Assembly (NCBI GenBank): GCA_032161105.1
Contig: JAVHTD010000010.1
Source: Candidatus Thermosaccharophagus tengchongensis
GTDB taxonomy: Bacteria > Armatimonadota > Fervidibacteria > Fervidibacterales > Thermosaccharophagaceae
Length of the DNA stretch: 64,000 nucleotides
Direction: 5' to 3' (one strand)
The translations under genes and the position numbers were made by a program. Each line of letters begins with the position of its first letter. The stretch's first letter is position 1. Of this stretch, positions 58,040-64,000 are shown piece by piece. Under the pieces are notes generated by a model. It saw only the letters and a list, made by a program, of their open reading frames with translations. It searched no databases and was not told the origin of the DNA.

Positions 58040-59572
58040 ATGGTGAGGCACGGTGGAGTTGGTCACTTGCCGCGCCCAATTGCGCTGGCTAAAGCTGCGC
58101 TTTCTTTTTTGGGCTCAAGCACATATGCCCTTAAACTCTTCCTCAGCGGAGAGCGAATAGAAGCTCAAGTGGAACTTGCAAGGGCATTAGTGCGCCATGC
58201 CATCCCACTGCTCAAGGATGCTACAAAGCAGGACATGCTCCGTTTCCTAAAGATGCTTGAATTTATCGCGAGGCGCAAGCTGCATAAAGACCAATTGCGC
58301 CAAATACAAAAGCTGGTTGAGCAGGACCATCCAGCAGTGGGGTTGCTATGGAGATTGTTCAGGGAGGCAAATGTCAACTGCTTGCAACATTTGTTTGAGG
58401 GGCTCGGAGTGAATGCAGTTTGGCTCGGACACATCAAGCGGAGGGAGTTCGTAAGGAAGCATGGCTTCATACCGCCATTCCTCATACTCATAAGCCCAAC
58501 GATGCGATGCAATTTGAATTGTGTCGGATGCTATGCTGGTCTATACCCGCGCACGAAAGACCCAATGAGCTTTGAGACGCTCGACCGAATCATCCGAGAG
58601 GGAAAGGAGATGGCGATTTACTTCTACACCATCACTGGCGGCGAACCGTTCTTGCGAGAGGACCTGCTTGACCTTTACGAGTTGCACAACGATTGCGTCT
58701 TCCAAGTTTACACCAACGGGACATTGTTCACGCCAAAGCTGGTTGAGAGGTTAGCCGAGCTTGGCAATGTTTACCCCGCAATCAGCATTGAAGGCTATGA
58801 GAGGGAGACGGACGCAAGGCGTGGTAAAGGTGTCTTCCGAAAGATAATGGACGCAATGGACATGCTTAAGGAAGCGGGCATTATTTTCGGCTTCTCAACG
58901 ACTGTGACACGATACAACGCCGATGTAGTTTCTGACATATCATTCTACGACTTCCTGATTGAGAAGGGCTGCATGTTCGGATGGACATTCCTCTATGTTC
59001 CTGTTGGGAAAGACGATGACCCGGACATGATGGTGACTCCCGAGCAGCGTGATAGGCTCAGGCGAGTTGAAATTGAGGTTAGAAAGACACGCCCACTTGC
59101 ATGGTTCGACTTCTGGAGCGACGCACCGTTGAGTGATGGCTGCCTTGCGGCAGGAAGGCTTTACATGCACATCAACTATCGCGGTGATATTGAGCCATGC
59201 GTATTTGCTCACTTTGCGACGCACAATATCCACAACTGCACATTGATTGAAGCGCTTCAATCGCCATTCTTCCGTGAGTATAGGCGAGTGCAGAGGGCAT
59301 GCAAAAATCGCCTTCGCCCGTGCATCATCATTGACCACAATGAACTGCTTGAGGAGGTCATCAAGAAGACAAATGCTCATCCGACACATGATGGTGCTGA
59401 TGCGATCATCACTTGCCATGCTCAAAAGCTGCGTTCGTGGTCGGCGGAGTATGCCAAGCTCGCTGATAAAGCATGGGAGTCCGAAGAATACGACTGGGCG
59501 AGGAACGGATGGTATTGGGCATGGGCTGAAGAGGAGGATGAGCTTGAAGGCGTATTGGCAAGCGAAAGCTAA
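58040..59572 (+). CDS. Radical SAM protein with SPASM/twitch-type C-terminal domain
   Basis: CNLNCVGC, TGGEPF, YTNGT, GCLAAGR…IEPCVF…RPCII. Confidence 0.9.
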   Translation: MVRHGGVGHLPRPIALAKAALSFLGSSTYALKLFLSGERIEAQVELARALVRHAIPLLKDATKQDMLRFLKMLEFIARRKLHKDQLRQIQKLVEQDHPAVGLLWRLFREANVNCLQHLFEGLGVNAVWLGHIKRREFVRKHGFIPPFLILISPTMRCNLNCVGCYAGLYPRTKDPMSFETLDRIIREGKEMAIYFYTITGGEPFLREDLLDLYELHNDCVFQVYTNGTLFTPKLVERLAELGNVYPAISIEGYERETDARRGKGVFRKIMDAMDMLKEAGIIFGFSTTVTRYNADVVSDISFYDFLIEKGCMFGWTFLYVPVGKDDDPDMMVTPEQRDRLRRVEIEVRKTRPLAWFDFWSDAPLSDGCLAAGRLYMHINYRGDIEPCVFAHFATHNIHNCTLIEALQSPFFREYRRVQRACKNRLRPCIIIDHNELLEEVIKKTNAHPTHDGADAIITCHAQKLRSWSAEYAKLADKAWESEEYDWARNGWYWAWAEEEDELEGVLASES

Positions 59573-59663
59573 CGGCAAACCGCATCCATTGAATGGGAAT
59601 GACCACAATTACACGCCGGGAGATATTACGGGGTTGCATTCCATCGTGCGTCAGGTGAGAGGG

Positions 59664-60026
59664 TTAGCTCTGCACCTTGATGTCAACCGAATAATCCCAC
59701 AACCCGTGTATGTTGCAGTATTCAACGGCATACAGTGTTGCTGACTTTTGCAAGCGCATCGTGAATGTGACCTTTGGCTCAGCAAATGTAGGACCAAGGT
59801 CAAATGTGGCAATGTGAACCGGGTTGCGCCCATCAATAGCCGCAAACACTTGAATCCACTTGATGTGGTGTTCAACAGTGTTTGGATGTGGGACCTCCTT
59901 TCCGACCGTCACGGTGACTTGGAACGGCTCATCAGATTTGACCTCACTTGGAGCATCAATTACTGGAACATGCTTCTCCTTCCCCTCGCGCTCCGGTGGG
60001 TAGAAGATTTCACCAACTCGCTTCAT
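59664..60026 (-). CDS. Superoxide reductase (neelaredoxin / class II SORL)
   Basis: EKHVP, HPNTVEHHIKWI, YCNIHGLW iron-ligand motifs. Confidence 0.92.
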   Translation of the reverse strand: MKRVGEIFYPPEREGKEKHVPVIDAPSEVKSDEPFQVTVTVGKEVPHPNTVEHHIKWIQVFAAIDGRNPVHIATFDLGPTFAEPKVTFTMRLQKSATLYAVEYCNIHGLWDYSVDIKVQS

Positions 60027-60214
60027 GGTTCTCACCCCCGATGCCGTTTTGGCTGTATACTCTTGCGAGCTTTTAACAACACCCTCCATGAAGGCATCGC
60101 CAATTGCCACCCATAGCGCATACTTCCCGACCGCACACAAAAAAGCCCTCCTTATTCCTACCTCCTTAGGGGTAGAGTGCTTGCGCATCGCAACATCGTG
60201 AAAGACAAGCAGAA

Positions 60215-60631
60215 TTATTCCTCAAGCAATGTCTTAAACTCGTTATGATGCTCCTCTTCGTCGGCAAGTATTGAGCGCATCATGTGCGCCGTAACATGGT
60301 CGCCCTCCTGCGTTGCCACCTCAATTATCCGTCGGTAAAGCTCAATTGCCTCCTCTTCCGCCTTCAGGTCAATACTTATCATCTCCTTAAGTGATTCACC
60401 GACCGTTATTTGTGCCGGTTGCGTCGTTGGCTTTCCGCCGAGGTAATCAATTCGCTCCGCGAGTGCCTCCGCGTGCTTCATCTCTGTTATCGCAATGCTG
60501 CGGAATATATCTCGGACTGCAGGGCTGCAAAGCCCCTTAGCCGTCACATGTTGCCACATGTATTGGATTGACACCTGTATCTCACGAGCGAGGGCTGTAT
60601 TGAGCAACTCAACCAACCTCTCCGACGCCAT
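60215..60631 (-). CDS. Bacterioferritin-like / ferritin-like diiron protein
   Basis: RE…IQY, EMKHAE, AEEEAI…Y, DEEEH motifs. Confidence 0.88.
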   Translation of the reverse strand: MASERLVELLNTALAREIQVSIQYMWQHVTAKGLCSPAVRDIFRSIAITEMKHAEALAERIDYLGGKPTTQPAQITVGESLKEMISIDLKAEEEAIELYRRIIEVATQEGDHVTAHMMRSILADEEEHHNEFKTLLEE

Positions 60632-60702
60632 CGCACTTCACCTCCACGGATGGTTTTGTTTGTTCATCACAGCGCTAATGACAATCCCCACATCACGCCA
60701 AG

Positions 60703-61179
60703 TTAACTTTGAAACTCCTTGAGCACATCTGCAAGCCTTCTGAGGTGCTCCCTCTCTTGCCCGATTATCCCCTCAACCATTTTTCGCTCCTGTTCGGGCA
60801 CATATTCCCTCAGGGCTTCATAAAGTATAATGCTGTCCTTCTCGAGCGCTATCCCGACCTTGAGCGCCTCAACGAAATCTGCGCTGGCAGCAAGACGCTT
60901 GATGTCCTCGTCGCCGAGGATGGTGCGCGAGTTAATCAATGCTTGAACATAAGCCTGCCATTCGCCGGGATAACTTTCCGAGAGGGTATATGAGCTTGCA
61001 CTCTCACGCAGCCTCTCAAAATCCCTTTCGTGGTTGCGCTCCTCATTTGCGAGCCATTGAAACATCGCATGCGCCTCATCACTGGTGGCATGCTCTGCAA
61101 GCGCCGTATAAAACTTGACCCCAATGCGCTCCATCTCAATCGCCATGTCAATGACTTCGCCGCCGCTAAATAGAGCCAT
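60703..61179 (-). CDS. Rubrerythrin-like ferritin family protein
   Basis: AIEME…FY, EERNH, LEKDSI…Y, EREH. Confidence 0.88.
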   Translation of the reverse strand: MALFSGGEVIDMAIEMERIGVKFYTALAEHATSDEAHAMFQWLANEERNHERDFERLRESASSYTLSESYPGEWQAYVQALINSRTILGDEDIKRLAASADFVEALKVGIALEKDSIILYEALREYVPEQERKMVEGIIGQEREHLRRLADVLKEFQS

Positions 61180-61211
61180 TATTTTCACCCCCACCATTCA
61201 AAGCTAAAAAG

Positions 61212-61748
61212 CTATAATTGGACGAGCGAGAAGACATCATAACCCGCCAACCTCTCTCTCCCTTTGAGGTCAACGAGTTCTATGACGAACGCCACTCCAA
61301 CAACATTGCCACCAGCTCTCTCAACCAATTTCGCCATCGCCTGCGCAGTCCCGCCAGTTGCAAGCACATCGTCAAACACGAGCACGCGCTGTCCCGGCTG
61401 AATTGCGTCAATGTGCATCTCAATTGACTCCTCGCCATACTCAAGCTCGTAAGTGATGGATATGGTCTTGTAAGGCAGCTTGCCTTTCTTTCGCATCGGC
61501 ACAAACGCAGCATTTAGCTCAAGGGCGAGCGGTGCTCCAAAGATGAAGCCGCGAGCCTCAACCGCCGTCACAACTTCAATGCTGGCGTCCCTGTAACGGC
61601 GAACAAATGCGTCAATGACACCGCGGAACAAATCCGGCTTTTGAAGTATCGGAGTTATGTCACGAAAGAGAACGCCGGGCTTAGGGAAGTCCGGAATCGT
61701 CCTTATTGCCTCCCTCAATCCGGGCACCTCAATCCGCTCCATCGCCAT
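61212..61748 (-). CDS. apt: Adenine phosphoribosyltransferase
   Basis: [41 protein letters not shown]. Confidence 0.96.
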   Translation of the reverse strand: MAMERIEVPGLREAIRTIPDFPKPGVLFRDITPILQKPDLFRGVIDAFVRRYRDASIEVVTAVEARGFIFGAPLALELNAAFVPMRKKGKLPYKTISITYELEYGEESIEMHIDAIQPGQRVLVFDDVLATGGTAQAMAKLVERAGGNVVGVAFVIELVDLKGRERLAGYDVFSLVQL

Positions 61749-61767
61749 CAACCTCCCACAGGCACAT

Positions 61768-62583
61768 TCAATGACCCTCTACAATCACACGGGCACCCTT
61801 AAGAGCCTCACCGCACTTGCATGTGCGTTCCCTCGGCATGCGCTCAATCATCAGCCGTATTAGCGAGCGTGCCTTTTCAACATTCTCCGAAAAGACCCTC
61901 ATCACTTCCTCGGCGCTCACCGGTTCAACCTCCCCCTCCGCTACCAAGCCAGTGTCATAGTCAGTGACGAGCGATATGTTCACATAGCACATCTCAAGCT
62001 CCCTTGCAAGGACGCACTCTGGGTATTGGGTCATGTTTATGACATCCCAACCGAGGCTTGTAAACCACTTGCTCTCCGCCTTCGTTGAGAATCTTGGACC
62101 TTCAATGACCACAACGGTCCCTCGCTCATGCAACGGTAAACCGAGCTCCCTCCCGCACTGAATGGCAAGCTCCCGCAACTGCGGGCAGTATGGGTCGGCA
62201 GTGGAAACATGCGTCGTTATCGGACCGTTGTAGAATGTGTCATCGCGGTGCCTTGTGCGATCAACGAATTGATCGCATATGACGATATCGCCCGGCTTGA
62301 TGTGTCTTTGGAGGCTTCCGACCGCGTTCGGAGCGAGTATGCGCTCAACGCCGAGTTGCTTCATCGCCCACACATTCGCCTTGTATGGGATCTTGTGTGG
62401 CGGGTATTGATGCATCCTTCCATGCCTCGGAAGGAAGGCAACAAGCCTTCCCGCAATCTCAACTATGGTGATGACATCGCTTGGCGGACCATACGGAGTT
62501 TCCATGCGGACCGTTTCAACTGCCTCACCGAGTTCGTAAAAGCCCGAGCCGCCAAATACACCTATCTCAGCACGCTGTCCCAT
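61768..62583 (-). CDS. mtnP: S-methyl-5'-thioadenosine phosphorylase
   Basis: [41 protein letters not shown]. Confidence 0.93.
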   Translation of the reverse strand: MGQRAEIGVFGGSGFYELGEAVETVRMETPYGPPSDVITIVEIAGRLVAFLPRHGRMHQYPPHKIPYKANVWAMKQLGVERILAPNAVGSLQRHIKPGDIVICDQFVDRTRHRDDTFYNGPITTHVSTADPYCPQLRELAIQCGRELGLPLHERGTVVVIEGPRFSTKAESKWFTSLGWDVINMTQYPECVLARELEMCYVNISLVTDYDTGLVAEGEVEPVSAEEVMRVFSENVEKARSLIRLMIERMPRERTCKCGEALKGARVIVEGH

Positions 62584-62677
62584 AAACACCACCTCGTAGC
62601 CAATTCACTATTGGCGCAATCACCATAAACAGCGAGCAAAGGAAGTGCAAAAGGCAAAGCGCACATTGCTCATCTTG

Positions 62678-63181
62678 CTACAGCCTATCAACCGGAGTGC
62701 CATAAAGTATCGGTGGGGAAAGGTGCTCCGATTGCATTATCTCAACGACCTTCCACTCACCACCTACGCGCTTCATGCGCACATATTGCACCTCGTTCTT
62801 TGATTCAAACACAAGCTCCACTCTGAGCACAACCTCATCCTCGGAGGGTTGCTCCAACTTGGACACTGCTATCCCTTTGATGCCGTCATGCATGCTCCTA
62901 AGCTGCCTTGCAAACTCCCCCTCACTGTATTCGCTGAGCGTCAATTCAGCCCTCCTTCTCGCCTCATCAGAAAGCAGCGAAAGATACGCCTTCACATCAC
63001 CGCGTTCCATTGCATTGAACATCTCCAAGGCGACATCCTCTGGCGCTTGCCGATCTTCCCTCACACTGCTGCGATACGAGCGAAGGAGCATAGCGCTAAT
63101 GAAACATATTGCAACTACAACGCTCACGCACTTTGCGACCTTTCTTCCCATCTCGCCCGAGAGTATCCGGCATGTCTTCAT
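62678..63181 (-). CDS. Hypothetical membrane-anchored NTF2-like protein
   Basis: N-terminal TM, PEDVALEMFNAMERGDVKAYL, GEWKV; start uncertain (63181 or 63151). Confidence 0.65.
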   Translation of the reverse strand: MKTCRILSGEMGRKVAKCVSVVVAICFISAMLLRSYRSSVREDRQAPEDVALEMFNAMERGDVKAYLSLLSDEARRRAELTLSEYSEGEFARQLRSMHDGIKGIAVSKLEQPSEDEVVLRVELVFESKNEVQYVRMKRVGGEWKVVEIMQSEHLSPPILYGTPVDRL

Positions 63182-63251
63182 TTGTCGCCCTCTGCCTTCG
63201 CAAGGCAACCCATGACTCATCTCGCCATAATGCTGCATACCGTAGGCACTA

Positions 63252-63725
63252 CTACTCCTGTGGAGCTTGTCCCGCTTCTGGCTGTTGCGGTTGTTGCGGT
63301 TGTTGCGGTTGTTGTGGTTGCTGTGTTTCTGGCGGTTGCGTCTTCGGCTGTTCGCCCTCAGTGGCTTCCTTCTTCGGAGCAGCTTCGGGGAGCTGTATGC
63401 CAAGCTTGCTCAACGCATCCTGTAGCTCCCGAAATGCCTTTGAAATTTGCTCCGCAGCTAACTCAGCTTGCTTGCGTGTCTCATTCGCCTTAACCACCAT
63501 GTCTTGAAGGCGCATCAGTTGGTCTTGGAGTGATGCCTTTTCCTCCCTTTCGGACTGCAGCGGCATATACCACTCATACACCAGCACCGCCGTCATGGCA
63601 GCGCCGCCAATTATCAAGCCCAAAATGAACCCCCATAGGAAACTTGCACCGGCGCGCGGTTGCGTCGGCGGCTTCACCTCAGCCTGCTGAGCTTCCGTCG
63701 GAGTTACTTCAGGTCCCTGCGCCAT
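63252..63725 (-). CDS. Hypothetical single-TM coiled-coil protein with PQQ-repeat tail
   Basis: GGAGGTGA RBS; TM FLWGFILGLIIGG; coiled coil; (QQP)n tail. Confidence 0.75.
   Translation of the reverse strand: MAQGPEVTPTEAQQAEVKPPTQPRAGASFLWGFILGLIIGGAAMTAVLVYEWYMPLQSEREEKASLQDQLMRLQDMVVKANETRKQAELAAEQISKAFRELQDALSKLGIQLPEAAPKKEATEGEQPKTQPPETQQPQQPQQPQQPQQPEAGQAPQE
63280..63324. repeat. 9-bp tandem repeat x5 (GGTTGTTGC consensus), encodes QQP
   Basis: ggctgttgc ggttgttgc ggttgttgc ggttgttgt ggttgctgt. Confidence 0.9.
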
Positions 63726-63874
63726 ACCAATCACCTCCGCAAGTTGTTTGATGACTATCCACTTGCTGTCCACCACACACTCCAACACTCACGCAATTCA
63801 AAAGTTTGCCACACCATACCGCCAGCAGCAAACTACTTTGGCGCGTGCTGTGAGTGAACACGGACAACAAACTG

Positions 63875-64000
63875 TTAATCACAATTCCACCTGAAAGTTG
63901 CCCTTGCCACAATTGGGCGCTCACTCCCGATGAGGCGAGGTATGCCCGGGAGTAACTTCGCATCGTAAATGACGGTTACAGTCACTGGTCCGCCTTTGAC
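63875..64000 (-). CDS. 3' end of a CDS truncated by window edge, possibly TadE-like pilin
   Basis: Open frame VKGGPVTVTVIYDAKLLPGIPRLIGSERPIVARATFRWNCD*. Confidence 0.45.
   Translation of the reverse strand, partial: VKGGPVTVTVIYDAKLLPGIPRLIGSERPIVARATFRWNCD

Noticed and set aside
63109..63507. Cys-rich ORF (CCGCCGCCG) resembling a metallothionein
   Set aside because: Opposite-strand reading of the 9-bp QQP repeat of the minus-strand gene.

Overview
Gene-dense bacterial chromosomal window with about 60 CDSs and no integrase, transposase, prophage or CRISPR array. It mixes housekeeping genes (rqcH, kdsA, pyrK, yhaM, tatA, ychF, topA, apt, mtnP), hydrogenase maturation genes hypCDE, an anaerobe-type oxidative-stress trio (rubrerythrin-like, bacterioferritin-like, superoxide reductase) and a HEPN-MNT toxin-antitoxin pair. 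It also carries three tandem PilT/PilU ATPases and many exported carbohydrate-active or uncharacterised proteins (sulfatase, GH36-like, two Tat Gfo/Idh/MocA, two double-DUF1080). The gene content suggests a thermophilic, diderm, polysaccharide-degrading Armatimonadota-like organism; this is inference only. A minus-strand tRNA cluster (Pro-TGG, Gly-TCC, Arg-TCT, His-GTG, Arg-TCG, Lys-CTT) is interrupted by a repeat-rich membrane-anchored coiled-coil gene, a decayed gene remnant, and the most striking element. That element is a 92-nt tRNA (44437-44528) with a tRNA-Sec-like body (long D-stem with 4-nt UGGU loop, 25-nt variable arm) but a Cys anticodon (GCA), a U73 discriminator, a 7/5 acceptor/T arrangement and a non-canonical C33. 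Other points of interest are a Cys-rich two-CW-type membrane protein coupled to the triple PilT operon, a TonB-like protein with a non-TonB C-terminal domain, and apparent near-absence of ACGT/GTAC/CTAG. Start codons were adjusted by eye where an RBS or family start was evident. All family calls are by motif recognition, not database search.
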